64,000 bases of DNA, taken from an uncultured virus (IMG/VR IMGVR_UViG_2848843299_000006). Lineage: Duplodnaviria; Heunggongvirae; Uroviricota; Caudoviricetes. The stretch is taken from the IMG/VR virus record IMGVR_UViG_2848843299_000006. One strand, given 5' to 3'. Shown here piece by piece: positions 51,108 through 60,806 of this stretch; position 1 is the stretch's first letter; each line of letters begins with the position of its first letter. Below the pieces are notes generated by a model. The model saw nothing but the letters and a program-made list of their open reading frames with translations, searched no databases and was not told where the DNA came from. A program made the position numbers and the translations under genes.

Positions 51108-51746
51108 TCAGGTCTTACGCTTTAACTCCCTCACTTTCGCACGGTACTCATCGCGTATACGGATATAGTCTTCCCGCTTCCAGTGCGGTATCTCATGCGG
51201 ACCGCGTAACCAGTCAACTAACTCCTGTCCAAATTTTTCAATCAGCCGTAACTCGTATTTCTGCGTTACAGTGTTATTTTTGTGTGAGAATTTACCGGCC
51301 CCCGCATTGCATGATTTACATTGCTTATAGGCATTTCGCTCCTCAAACCGCAGCTCAGGATGTGACCCTACAGACAGAAAATGACCGCAGTCCCACTGTC
51401 CACCATGTAAATCAGGCGGATTAGGTTCACCACAGCTGATGCATGGTTCATCGCGGTCTCTGAGTCTGATGAATTGGTTAAACGCTGTTTGTGCTTGCTG
51501 CCGGAAATATGAGGTGGGTTTTACTGCTAACTTGCGGATTTTTAATTTATCTTTTGCTTCACGTTCTTTTTGCTGCTGCTCCTTTCTTAATTTGGCTTCA
51601 GCCTTTTCCCTTTCCCTGCTTCGTCGCTTTATTGCCAACTCAGCGCCATGCTCCGGACAGCACCATCATTCGTTACTGAATTTCGGGTGAAACCATTCTC
51701 GGCATATCAGGCATTTTCGCCGCGGTTGCTTTGCCACTCTCACCAT
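51108..51746 (-). pseudogene. ninG: NinG (Rap) with internal TGA
   Basis: FSNE*WCCPEH: TGA at 51666-51668 where the left copy has TGG. Confidence 0.85.
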
Positions 51747-51858
51747 CTCCTTTTATCTTCTCGACTACTTCCAGATGCGGACATTCACCGGCGCACTGGT
51801 CGCAAACATAAACTTCATCGTCGGCCAGTCCTTCGCCGCATATTGCGCAGTTCATCAA
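51673..51858 (-). CDS. ninF: NinF-like Zn-finger protein
   Basis: CAICG..L..EVYVCDQCAGE. Confidence 0.6.
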   Translation of the reverse strand: MMNCAICGEGLADDEVYVCDQCAGECPHLEVVEKIKGDGESGKATAAKMPDMPRMVSPEIQ

Positions 51859-52022
51859 ACCCTCCCCTGTAATAAATAATTACGCGAACCCACCATGCTT
51901 TAGGTGCAAAGTGGAGTTTTTTCCGAAGATCATTGATTAATAACTGCCGAACGTTTTTTGCTCACTTTTTAGCCAATCTGGTCTATTATTAATCTGAGTG
52001 AATAATGAATATCGGAGGAACT

Positions 52023-52451
52023 ATGTACAAAAATATCCTTGTTCCGATTGATGTATGGGAAAAAGAACTCACTGATATGGTTACTCCTCATGTTGAAAGC
52101 CTCGCTAAACTTGAAGATGCCCGTATCCATTTTCTTGCGGTTATACCAGCATTCCCATATGGTGGTTTTGAAAGTGGTTTGTCTGTCGCGGATCTGGAAA
52201 AGCGACTGATAGATTCCACAAAGAAAGAATTAGGCGAGATAATCAGGAAATTCAGTTTGCCGGAGGACAGAGCAGACAGATATATCGTAATTGGTCGCCC
52301 AAAAGACAAAATACTTGAACGTGCCGAAGCTATTAGTGCAGACCTGATTATCATCGGCTCCCGTCGTCCGAGTATTTCTACCTATCTACTCGGCTCCACT
52401 GCTGCGGCAGTCGTCCGTTATGCCAAAACCTCAGTTTTAGTTGTCCGCTGA
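52023..52451 (+). CDS. Universal stress protein (UspF/UspG-like)
   Basis: MYKNILVPID..LLGSTAAAVVRYAKTSVLVVR. Confidence 0.92.
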   Translation: MYKNILVPIDVWEKELTDMVTPHVESLAKLEDARIHFLAVIPAFPYGGFESGLSVADLEKRLIDSTKKELGEIIRKFSLPEDRADRYIVIGRPKDKILERAEAISADLIIIGSRRPSISTYLLGSTAAAVVRYAKTSVLVVR

Positions 52452-52892
52452 CACCAGTCGCCCGCTCCGGCGGGCTTTACCATTTCTTCTCCTGACTCCC
52501 TGCACTAGCGAGTCGAACCAGGTAACATCTGACCGACCGAACCCCGGCTCAATGTATGCCTTGCTGACCACCTTCCCGCAAAATTCGATTCGCTTTCTCT
52601 CACTCTGCTCACCACCCGGCACTAACTCACCACGTGAATCACAAACGTAACGATACAGCCTGGTGACAGCATCCGGCGATATAGCAAATAACGGACTCAC
52701 ATGGCGGTTATGCCTCGTTGTACCAACCTTTCGCAAACATCCGATATACAGCATTTTGTTGGTAAACCACTTAATGAACTCTGTCGAGTTTCCTGTGCGC
52801 AGCCCAGCCTCGTGATTGGTGAACGAATCCAGATCGCGACATGCCCTGATTATGTCAACGCATACTTTGAATTGTTCGTCATTCATCGCCAC
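52437..52892 (-). CDS. Hypothetical nin-region protein
   Basis: Intact version of 10305-10633. Confidence 0.7.
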   Translation of the reverse strand: MAMNDEQFKVCVDIIRACRDLDSFTNHEAGLRTGNSTEFIKWFTNKMLYIGCLRKVGTTRHNRHVSPLFAISPDAVTRLYRYVCDSRGELVPGGEQSERKRIEFCGKVVSKAYIEPGFGRSDVTWFDSLVQGVRRRNGKARRSGRLVSADN

Positions 52893-53080
52893 ATCCTGTT
52901 AATCATTGCCCGTGGTGTTGGTTTCAGATATCTGACTACCGGCAGATACACGGTGACGTCGAAATACTGAGGATTGATATTCAGTGACTTCACCGGGTTA
53001 TACCCCTTACGCCTGTAGTAAATGCAGAGCTTATCGGCTTCGTCATTGGTGAGAAGTTGGTGTATGTGCGGTTCTTTCAT
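52883..53080 (-). CDS. Hypothetical nin-region protein
   Basis: Coupled ORF with AGGA RBS. Confidence 0.65.
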   Translation of the reverse strand: MKEPHIHQLLTNDEADKLCIYYRRKGYNPVKSLNINPQYFDVTVYLPVVRYLKPTPRAMINRMWR

Positions 53081-53091
53081 ACGTCCTGCTC

Positions 53092-53535
53092 CTATTCCTG
53101 ATGTCCGTAATGATTAAACCTGTATCGCGCGGCGCGGGGTTTTATACCTTCACCTATAGCCCACGCCTGCGAATATTCGATTAAGCTTGTCATGCGCTTC
53201 TTACTCATGTTTGCGGTACTTTCTCTTGCCAGCGGTACAATCTCTCCCTCAAGTCCCGGAATAAGCGTCCCGTCACGGCCGGTAGCCTTTGCATGTCCGG
53301 ATACGAAAATACATTTCCAGTCCTGCAATCCCCACGTATTGCCAGCCCATACAATGCCCTGCTCTGCTACGTTGCCGCACAGCGCATGAAACATGTCATT
53401 TTGGGGAAGGGTTCGCTTCGGATCGGATATTTTTACTTCGAGGGGGAATTCTTCGTTAAGCGGGAGATTGTCAAGCTCTGCCTTGAGATTTCTGAGTATC
53501 TGTATATTCCTGAGAAGGAATGTCTGTTTTTGCAT
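53092..53535 (-). CDS. ninB: NinB (Orf) recombination mediator
   Basis: KRTLPQN..HAL..DWK..F..PGL.GE..ST..M..M..LIE..AW. Confidence 0.88.
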   Translation of the reverse strand: MQKQTFLLRNIQILRNLKAELDNLPLNEEFPLEVKISDPKRTLPQNDMFHALCGNVAEQGIVWAGNTWGLQDWKCIFVSGHAKATGRDGTLIPGLEGEIVPLARESTANMSKKRMTSLIEYSQAWAIGEGIKPRAARYRFNHYGHQE

Positions 53536-53556
53536 TCAACCTCCTGAGGTTATCGG

Positions 53557-53585
53557 TTGCCGTTAGTTTCTTACGGGGGTATTTT
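53557..53585 (+). promoter_or_regulatory. Putative promoter of tRNA pair
   Basis: TTGCCG-17-TATTTT, ending 9 nt upstream of tRNA-Lys. Confidence 0.5.
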
Positions 53586-53594
53586 AATTTCTTC

Positions 53595-53670
53595 GGGTCG
53601 TTAGCTCAGCCGGTAGAGCAGTTGACTCTTAATCAATTGGTCGGGAGTTCGAGCCTCCCACGACCCACCA
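53595..53670 (+). tRNA. tRNA-Lys(CUU)
   Basis: 76 nt cloverleaf GGGTCGT/ACGACCC, anticodon loop CT-CTT-AA, encoded CCA. Confidence 0.95.
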
Positions 53671-53672
53671 TT

Positions 53673-53747
<75 letters not shown>

Positions 53748-53783
53748 ATCATTTCAAAAAGTCTTCTGTCCTGGGTTATGACA

Positions 53784-54512
53784 CTACTTAACCTGCCTGC
53801 GGAAACTTTCCCAGGTGAAATTGATAACGGTCGGTGACCCCATTCTCAGGCGGTCAATAACTCGGTCACCCAATGCTTTTGCCAGTTCGTCAAAATTGAG
53901 ATTGGTCAGCACACCTACCGGTTTTTTATTCGATAACCGGCGGTCTACCACCTGAAAAATAATCAGTTCTTCGTTCAGGTTATTACGCTGTACGCCGACA
54001 TCATCCAGCACCAGTAAATCCACTTCGCACAGGTCGCTGATCAGCTGCGACTCCGTAGTTTTCGCCCCCTTCTGGTATGTTTCACGGACACGCATCATCA
54101 GGTCTGGCAGAGTGGCAATCAGAATGCTTTTCCCGTTCCGGATTATCTGGTTGCCGATGGCCGCTGCCAGATGGTTTTTACCGGTGCCGGGATTACCGCT
54201 GAAAATAAATCCGCCAAATGATTTACCAAACTCAGCTGCGTACTGCTGTGATTTACTGAGTGCCCGCTGTTGCTCCGGCGTTGTCGCCAGATAGTTCTCA
54301 AACGTGCATTCCTGGTGTAACGGTCTGATACCGGAACGCCCCATGATTTTATGCAGTCGAGCCACACGGTTTTCGTCAGCAATCCGTTTCGCATCGATAG
54401 CGCCCTGCTCACGCTGCCACGCCATCAGCTCAGCAGCATTCGTGAATTTTGGCTTGATGTGCTCCGGCTTCATGCGGTTAAACCTCTCCAGAGTCTGTGC
54501 TGCTGTTGCCAT
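53784..54512 (-). CDS. DnaC-like helicase loader
   Basis: GNPGTGKNHLA Walker A, LLVLDDVG, DR..DRL. Confidence 0.92.
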   Translation of the reverse strand: MATAAQTLERFNRMKPEHIKPKFTNAAELMAWQREQGAIDAKRIADENRVARLHKIMGRSGIRPLHQECTFENYLATTPEQQRALSKSQQYAAEFGKSFGGFIFSGNPGTGKNHLAAAIGNQIIRNGKSILIATLPDLMMRVRETYQKGAKTTESQLISDLCEVDLLVLDDVGVQRNNLNEELIIFQVVDRRLSNKKPVGVLTNLNFDELAKALGDRVIDRLRMGSPTVINFTWESFRRQVK

Positions 54513-55303
54513 CAGAAGTCCTCCGGTATGAATTGCTGAACACGCTTAGGCCGGACAATGCGCGACCGTGTTGGTGGTGATTTCGGCATAAACAAGCCAG
54601 TCCAGCCGTTTGATATCGATTCGTCGATTACGCTCTCAGGTGTATACCCTGCCTCGTAAAATTTAGTCAGCCTGGATATCAGCCCGTTTAGTGTCTGTTT
54701 TGTCCTGATCGGTTTTTTCAGGTCTTTCCGGTAGGTAACCCAGCTCACCCAGGTATCACGGCTCAACCAGTCAGGCAGCGGGTGTGCATTTGCATCAAAG
54801 GGTTCTGGCTTGGACGGTTTTTCAGGTTTAGGGGATATAGGGGTATATATATTTTCTTTTTTCTTTAAAGTATTTCTTTTGTGTGTCTCCAAACCAGAGA
54901 CATCATTTGTCTCTAACTTAGAGACTTTTTTTGTCTCCAGATTAGAGACAGTGTCTCTAAGTTGATTTTTCCACACCGAAACCTCCTTGTTGACACCAAT
55001 CTTATTGCCATCTTTCACGATGTAATTCATTGAAATTAATTCGTTCTTTGCCTTGTTAACGTTCTGACGGGACAGGCCGGTAATTTCTGACAGCTGAGAA
55101 TCTGTTATCCGGTCATTTTTCTTCCCGAACCCGTATGTTTTTCTGATCAGTGCCAACATTACCCGGAACTGTCTGGCTGTCAGATTGCAGCATGAAAGAG
55201 ACTCCAGCAGTTCGTTGGCGAGTTTAGTGTAACCATCGTCCAGGTCTGCCACTCGTGGTTGCTCCTGCTTAACAGGGAATTCATACACTTCCGCTGTATT
55301 CAT
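54512..55303 (-). CDS. O: Replication initiator (lambda O-like)
   Basis: ADLDDGYT.LANELLE..RKTYG..K..DRI..Q; contains iterons. Confidence 0.9.
   Translation of the reverse strand: MNTAEVYEFPVKQEQPRVADLDDGYTKLANELLESLSCCNLTARQFRVMLALIRKTYGFGKKNDRITDSQLSEITGLSRQNVNKAKNELISMNYIVKDGNKIGVNKEVSVWKNQLRDTVSNLETKKVSKLETNDVSGLETHKRNTLKKKENIYTPISPKPEKPSKPEPFDANAHPLPDWLSRDTWVSWVTYRKDLKKPIRTKQTLNGLISRLTKFYEAGYTPESVIDESISNGWTGLFMPKSPPTRSRIVRPKRVQQFIPEDF
54845..54962. repeat. Replication origin iterons plus AT-rich tract
   Basis: 19 bp TGTCTC-N7-GAGAC(A/T) at 54884, 54908 and 54932 (24 bp period), half site at 54952. Confidence 0.85.
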
Positions 55304-55405
55304 AGCGACCTCCATATCTTTGTTTTGTAATTACTTTCATGTATAATTACTCCGTTAATTGCTGTATCAAAAAAGGGAAACTTTATGTTTCCCTCTTTTC
55401 AACAA

Positions 55406-55486
55406 CACTGGCTATTGATACAGTATAAATATTAAGTGCTTTTCTTAATGCGCCTCTGCTGCTCCAACAGTCGAGGCGTTTTCTTT
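55406..55486 (+). ncRNA. OOP-like antisense RNA to cII with LexA box
   Basis: CACTGGCTATTGATACAGTA (CTG-N10-CAG) at 55406-55425; terminator CGCCTC/GAGGCG plus TTTTCTTT within the cII 3' end. Confidence 0.55.
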
Positions 55487-55771
55487 GATTCTCATCTGAG
55501 AGAGTTCACCAATCTGCTTCCACAGAAACCGATACTCCTCCTCACTGATTTTCCTTTCGCCAGGCAAAACAAAATCCCTGATACCGGCTGCGGCCAATGT
55601 CTCGCATATCTCCGGTAACTTTTCTGTTCTGCGCAGGATTGTTGAATCGTGAACACCGAGTAGTTTTGCAACGACCGTCTGTGTGGTGTTTCTGATTGCC
55701 TGATGAGCGGTTGTCATCAGATGATTTGACACAAACCGGTTGAACGATTTGCGTGGATTTGCATTTTCCAT
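55445..55771 (-). CDS. cII: CII-like activator
   Basis: Q..VA.LLGVHDSTI.R HTH; between cro and O. Confidence 0.75.
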   Translation of the reverse strand: MENANPRKSFNRFVSNHLMTTAHQAIRNTTQTVVAKLLGVHDSTILRRTEKLPEICETLAAAGIRDFVLPGERKISEEEYRFLWKQIGELSQMRIKENASTVGAAEAH

Positions 55772-55839
55772 AATGTAAATTCCTTTTGGTATAGATAGTC
55801 CGTAGCTCACATCCTGTGAGGTAGTTTTATATGTAAATC

Positions 55840-55893
55840 GTCACTTTATCAGTGACTCCGTAGCAGCTAACAGCTCTGCGATTGTTAAAGAAC
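55840..55893 (-). promoter_or_regulatory. nutR (boxA + P22-type boxB)
   Basis: GTTCTTTAACAA then GTCACT-GATAA-AGTGAC. Confidence 0.8.
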
Positions 55894-55901
55894 CAGGGTA
55901 A

Positions 55902-56111
55902 CTACATATACCTCTGCGGATACAAAATCTGCATTTCAGTGATTTTTTTTTCGTAAAATTTCACCAATTTTTCAGCAATCTCAAGTGATGCCGTCTGAGC
56001 ACCACGCTCCAAACGACTGAGGTTCCCGACATCGTAGTTAATTGCGGCCGCCACCTCTGCAATTGTTAATTGCTTTTCCAAACGAATTTTCCTTAAAGGC
56101 GTTATTTGCAT
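55902..56111 (-). CDS. cro: Cro-like repressor
   Basis: 69 aa HTH divergent from cI. Confidence 0.85.
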   Translation of the reverse strand: MQITPLRKIRLEKQLTIAEVAAAINYDVGNLSRLERGAQTASLEIAEKLVKFYEKKITEMQILYPQRYM

Positions 56112-56128
56112 ATCTCACTCCACCTTGA

Positions 56129-56190
56129 ATGCGCCATACGCATATTACCATATACTTTGATATGCGCAATACGCTTTGTGTGAGACGCAT
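56129..56190. promoter_or_regulatory. OR operators (three 15 bp sites)
   Basis: ATGCG-N5-CGCAT at 56129, variants at 56162 and 56176; same motif at OL. Confidence 0.8.
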
Positions 56191-56210
56191 AAATAAAGTT
56201 GAATGATAAT

Positions 56211-56858
56211 ATGAAAATAGGAACAAAAATTAGAGCTCTCAGAAAACAGAAGGGATTAACAATCCTGCAATTGGCCACTGCTATTGATAGCGACGTGGGG
56301 AATATCTCTCGCCTTGAAAGGAATATCCAAGGCTACTCCGAGAGCACATTAACAAAAATTGCGGCTGCTCTTGGTGTCACGGTAGCCGACCTATTCTCCG
56401 ATACCACTACACAGCAACAAGATGATAATGTTGAGTTTGTTGGATTCGTCCCCAATGGCATGGTTAAAGTAGTTGGGGAAGCATTCCTGGGGATTGATGG
56501 CGCAGTGGATATGATAGAGGCCCTTGAGGGATGGGTTCAAATTTACAGCGATGATAAGGACGCTTATGCCCTCAAAGTTAAGGGTGACAGTATGTGGCCT
56601 AGGATTCAGTCAGGTGAATATGTGGTTGTTGAGCCCAACACAGTAGTCAGATCCGGCGATGAGGTCTTTGTGCGCACTGTTGAAGGTAAGAATATGGTAA
56701 AAATACTGAATAAAACCAGAGACGGTAGTTACCAATTCACCAGCGTCAACAATACTCACCCGCCAATCACAGTCGATCCACGTGAAGTGGAAAAAATGCA
56801 TTATGTGGCTGCGATTGTAAAGCCGACTAAATTTATCGATAAGTGCGAACAATCATAA
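56211..56858 (+). CDS. cI: CI repressor (HTH + S24 peptidase)
   Basis: N-terminal HTH; YAL.V.GDSM.P..G..V.K. Confidence 0.93.
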   Translation: MKIGTKIRALRKQKGLTILQLATAIDSDVGNISRLERNIQGYSESTLTKIAAALGVTVADLFSDTTTQQQDDNVEFVGFVPNGMVKVVGEAFLGIDGAVDMIEALEGWVQIYSDDKDAYALKVKGDSMWPRIQSGEYVVVEPNTVVRSGDEVFVRTVEGKNMVKILNKTRDGSYQFTSVNNTHPPITVDPREVEKMHYVAAIVKPTKFIDKCEQS

Positions 56859-56896
56859 GCCAGTATTGATAATCAAACATGTTCTAAGGACAAACT

Positions 56897-57238
56897 ATGG
56901 CATTCAATGACACTGAAGTCGTACAAATTAAACAATGTATGAACTATTTCATGGAAAAGCGTCGTCCACCAAAGCATATCCGGGATGAACATGACCTTCA
57001 GTATCGTATTGAAGACGATAGCGTAATCATTTTCGAGGTTAGACAACTGTCTTGGAGCACAGGGCGTGCAGAAGAAATGCTTGCCAAAATAACAAACAAC
57101 AGAAACAGCAACTCGTGGTCCCTGTTCTGGTCTACTGAGAATAATGAATGGCGACACTATGACGGTCGAATGATAGGCAGTTTTTCTGACGCAATAAAAA
57201 TTATTGATGAAGATGCAGATCATCGATTCTTCGGCTAG
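56897..57238 (+). CDS. DUF3024-like protein
   Basis: RRPP.HIRDE.DL.YRI..IFEVR..AK.T..W.L.W..W..Y..IDED..FFG. Confidence 0.75.
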   Translation: MAFNDTEVVQIKQCMNYFMEKRRPPKHIRDEHDLQYRIEDDSVIIFEVRQLSWSTGRAEEMLAKITNNRNSNSWSLFWSTENNEWRHYDGRMIGSFSDAIKIIDEDADHRFFG

Positions 57239-57342
57239 CAGTGACCTGGCGACACGTTTTAGGGTACGGTGCATTAAGGGTGTATTTACAAATCACGATT
57301 TGAACTATCACAAAAGTACTGTGATAATGATCAGGTAAAATA

Positions 57343-58278
57343 ATGGAACTGAATGAAGCAGAAACTGACGATATGAAATTTAGAGTTGTTTATGATGGGC
57401 CCGCCTTAGACAACCATGAAATGGATGTAAAGGACTTGGTTCCAGCACTGATATCGATGTCAGCATTGTTCGAAGAAGCTGGCAGGGTTATCTATGGCGA
57501 CGATGTCAAGGTTTCTGTCAAAGTTAAAGCTTCCTTTAGATCTGGGTCATTCGGCATTGATTTAACCGCTGTTACTAGCTGGCTCAACACTGCAATAGAG
57601 TTTTTTTCAGGAAAGCCCGGCACGGCAACAGCAAATCTTATTGCAATAGTTGGATTTTCTACATACGCAGGAAAGCAATCATACAAAGGGTTACTTCAGT
57701 TACTAAAGTGGACAAGAGGAAGGCCCATAACTAAAATTTCTCCTATAAAAAATGGTGGCGTAAAAGTCTTTATCGATGAAAGTGAGGAAATATTTGAAAG
57801 AGAAGTAATTGAGTTATATAAAAATATTAATATTAGAAAATCCCTGAATGAGATAATAACCAAACCGCTAGAAATCGATGGTATAACCAGCTTTGCCGTA
57901 ACGCTGGATGAAGGAAGCACCTTTATTACTGTCAGCAAAGAAGAATCATCATACTTTTCAATTAGTTCAATTGAAGAAGTTAAGCTATCTGAATCTGAAT
58001 CAGAAAAAATCCTACAAATCATTAATCTATCATTCAATGAGTCTAACAAATGGCGATTTAGTGATGGCTCATATCCATTCTTTGCCGACATATCTGACCC
58101 TGAATTTATAAACAAAATGAACACCAGGGAGCTTAATTTTTCAAAAGGTGACATGCTTCTTGTTAATTTAAAAACCACACAGGTATTAAGTGATAGCAAA
58201 ATAAAATCAAAATATGAAATCACTAAGGTTATAAAGAAAATAGACCCGCAAGAACAGATCAAGATTCCATTAAACTAA
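57343..58278 (+). CDS. Hypothetical protein in immunity (rex-equivalent) slot
   Basis: 311 aa AT-rich ORF with own terminator (58286-58308); YDGPAL..H.MDV..L.PAL..GSF; no function recognised. Confidence 0.8.
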   Translation: MELNEAETDDMKFRVVYDGPALDNHEMDVKDLVPALISMSALFEEAGRVIYGDDVKVSVKVKASFRSGSFGIDLTAVTSWLNTAIEFFSGKPGTATANLIAIVGFSTYAGKQSYKGLLQLLKWTRGRPITKISPIKNGGVKVFIDESEEIFEREVIELYKNINIRKSLNEIITKPLEIDGITSFAVTLDEGSTFITVSKEESSYFSISSIEEVKLSESESEKILQIINLSFNESNKWRFSDGSYPFFADISDPEFINKMNTRELNFSKGDMLLVNLKTTQVLSDSKIKSKYEITKVIKKIDPQEQIKIPLN

Positions 58279-58312
58279 TCCACCCAGCCCTCCCCGCGAG
58301 GGCTTTTTTATA

Positions 58313-58510
58313 TCAATTATCGCTCATCAGGTCGATAGCAACCTCATAGACCTCATTCATAAATCTGTCTATTTCTTGTTCTTTATGGGAGTACAGCAAT
58401 TGCCTGATATTTCCTTTCGTTATCATCTGCCGTGAATCCAGTAACATAATAGCCGCTCTGCCTGTTACTCTGCATACTTCACTGTAAATCAGTTCTCGTT
58501 CGTCACTCAT
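58313..58510 (-). CDS. Small protein, weakly FumD/DUF2767-like
   Basis: ELIYSEVCRVTGRA; GAGG RBS. Confidence 0.45.
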   Translation of the reverse strand: MSDERELIYSEVCRVTGRAAIMLLDSRQMITKGNIRQLLYSHKEQEIDRFMNEVYEVAIDLMSDN

Positions 58511-58699
58511 TCATCACCTCTGTATATTTATTCAACAATAACATCCACAGCAGCGCTTGGACAGAAAATAATTGTATATTTTTTGTTCCATTTTATGTGA
58601 TCTACGCCAGATTTTGACGATTTCAAAAAAGACAAATCATCAATAAAATCAACAACATAAATATATTAAATCTTATCTAACATTACCCAATGTCTGAAT

Positions 58700-58734
58700 A
58701 TGCGCTTGACGCATTTGCGTAAAATGCATATTAT
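58700..58734 (+). promoter_or_regulatory. pL with OL operators
   Basis: TTGACG-17-TATTAT overlapped by ATGCGcttgaCGCAT and TTGCGtaaaaTGCAT. Confidence 0.85.
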
Positions 58735-58764
58735 CGTATCCATCAACGGAACACAGCACGTTGG

Positions 58765-58831
58765 CGCTCTTTAAAAACGATGATAGCGAGCTGTGCATTG
58801 GCTGTCAGAACGGTGACGCTGATAAAGCGTC
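58765..58831 (+). promoter_or_regulatory. nutL (boxA + P22-type boxB)
   Basis: CGCTCTTTAAAAA then GACGCT-GATAA-AGCGTC. Confidence 0.85.
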
Positions 58832-58907
58832 AACCTTCTCAGAAGGTTTCGGGATTGAAGCAAAGCATGATTGTACCAATCACCAAAGCCAACTGTTTGG
58901 AGGAAAT

Positions 58908-59216
58908 ATGGCAATAATCATAGTGAAAAAATCACGCAAACCTGAATTTTTACGTGGTAACTCAGCAAACAGACGTCACGCCAGGAGAAAGGCTGAAGCG
59001 ATTGCCCCCAAAAATGTAAAAATGAAGTTGGAGGAAATATTCAGAACTGAACCGGACAAAAGTCCAATGAACCGGGTAGAAAAAGCCACATCAGCATGCA
59101 GTACCCCGATTTACGATTCACCGGATAACTGCTGCTTAAACACTACTGCCCTGTATTCAACTAAGCGATATAAGTCAAAACCAAAAACAGAATTTGGTAT
59201 CACGGCCAAAGCATAG
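58908..59216 (+). CDS. N: Early antiterminator N (P22-type)
   Basis: GNSANRRHARRK Arg-rich motif; first gene after pL/nutL; GGAGG RBS. Confidence 0.85.
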   Translation: MAIIIVKKSRKPEFLRGNSANRRHARRKAEAIAPKNVKMKLEEIFRTEPDKSPMNRVEKATSACSTPIYDSPDNCCLNTTALYSTKRYKSKPKTEFGITAKA

Positions 59217-59244
59217 CCCATCCTATGAATGGGCTGACCAAGTA

Positions 59245-59454
59245 TTACTTAAGGTAGAGCAAGTCCAGTGCTGCTTTCTCTGCATCTTCTGGCTCATCAA
59301 ATGACTCCAGAATGTGCGGGTACCTTGCTGCCTGACTCAAACTTTTAATATTTTTCTCAATTTCGGATTTTTGCTCGGTAGTCAGCGCGTCAAAAATTGA
59401 TTTTAGCAAAATATGCTGCGCGTCCAGACGCTTTGCAATCACTTCATTATTCAT
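59245..59454 (-). CDS. Hypothetical protein
   Basis: 69 aa ORF opposing pL. Confidence 0.5.
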   Translation of the reverse strand: MNNEVIAKRLDAQHILLKSIFDALTTEQKSEIEKNIKSLSQAARYPHILESFDEPEDAEKAALDLLYLK

Positions 59455-59808
59455 CTTATTTATCTCATTTTATAGGGTTAAAAGCATCTTAACGGATTTC
59501 TATCTGTAACACACGGCACCTCATCTGATATGGTTAAAAGCAGACACTTCACCCCATCACATTTACGGTGGATGTTAGGTTAAATAAAACAGGAGATGGA
59601 TATGACGTGTAGCAATAAGTACTGCATCGACTGAATTGAGCTCATCACATGTTGCTCAGGCAGAGGCGTATGCCGGAAGCTGCTGCAAAGAGTGCAACAA
59701 TGAGAACATAGAGCCAACAGATAAAAGCATTTTTGATTACCTAAAATATATCGGGTGTCTTGGCGTCTGACAGCCCAGGAGACGAGCACCCAGTCAGTAA
59801 TCTGAAAT

Positions 59809-60072
59809 TTATATTTTCTGCTTCAGAATAGAATAGTAACAGTCTGATATCTTAATTAGATTAACTCCGGGGCGGACGCTGGATTCAACAACTTCCAAAA
59901 CATCTTTATCAATCAAACGCTTTGCTGCTTTTTTATAAATTCTGATTTTCCTTTTTTTGTATTTTCCATTAAGAAAATATATCAGTAATGCGCGTTCTTC
60001 ATCATCGAAATTTTTTATTACTTTGGGAGCTTTTATGAATCGAAAAATTACTTTTTTTATTAGCTCACTCAT
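59809..60072 (-). CDS. Basic hypothetical protein, possibly SieB C-terminal-like
   Basis: FDDEERALL.YF..AKRLIDKDVL; opposes pL downstream of N; GGAG RBS. Confidence 0.45.
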   Translation of the reverse strand: MSELIKKVIFRFIKAPKVIKNFDDEERALLIYFLNGKYKKRKIRIYKKAAKRLIDKDVLEVVESSVRPGVNLIKISDCYYSILKQKI

Positions 60073-60217
60073 TATCTCTCCATAATCCATTGAACATCCG
60101 AATAATATTCTAGCATAAATTAACATATGATCTTACTGAAATTTTAACTTTTCTCTCAATGCTGGGATAACTATTCAGACATCACGTAGCACAGGGAAGT
60201 GTATAGGAGGAAGTAAC

Positions 60218-60766
60218 ATGCCGATGTTTAAAGTAACGTGTAAATGGAACGGAAAGCCATGGGAAAAGGATATCGAGGCCGAAGATGAGGCCGACTGTAC
60301 AGAACACATGTATCTGTTCGGTGTACTGATTGGCAAAGCCGATATTCAAGACCTGCAATTAACTGAGATAAAGGAGCAAAAAACAATGTCAGGGCACCCA
60401 CATGCAGACCTGATGGCTAAAGCCGCAGAGATAGCGAAGACGGATAAAGAGTGGTATTCACAATTTCAGCGCCTGATTGGCGGTGAATGGCAGTCCCCTA
60501 TCGCCGAGTTTGTATTTCTACCTGAAATAGAATACCGCATGAAGCCGCGCTATATCGACATTAATGGATATCAGGTTCCAGAACCGGTGCAGGAGCCACT
60601 GGAGTACGGAACGGGTTACTGTGTTGTGGGTCTCGATGGTATTGATTATCAACGCTGGTGCGATGATGAAGACGATGAAAATCTACTTAAACAAGGACGC
60701 ATTCACCTAACCAGAGAAGCGGTAGAAGCCCACCATTCCGCCCTGATCTCTTTCACACAAAAGTAA
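60218..60766 (+). CDS. Hypothetical early-left protein (possible two-gene fusion)
   Basis: AGGAGG RBS; second RBS plus ATG in frame at 60386. Confidence 0.65.
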   Translation: MPMFKVTCKWNGKPWEKDIEAEDEADCTEHMYLFGVLIGKADIQDLQLTEIKEQKTMSGHPHADLMAKAAEIAKTDKEWYSQFQRLIGGEWQSPIAEFVFLPEIEYRMKPRYIDINGYQVPEPVQEPLEYGTGYCVVGLDGIDYQRWCDDEDDENLLKQGRIHLTREAVEAHHSALISFTQK

Positions 60767-60806
60767 CCCCCTCTATCCCACTTCGGGGTATCAGCAGGTA
60801 AACAAC

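Noticed and set aside
54884..54962. CRISPR-like array
   Set aside because: 19 bp palindromes with 5 bp gaps inside the O gene are replication iterons; no cas genes.
59602..59800. Small Cys-rich gene after AGGAG RBS
   Set aside because: Stop at codon 11; at best an unidentifiable pseudogene.
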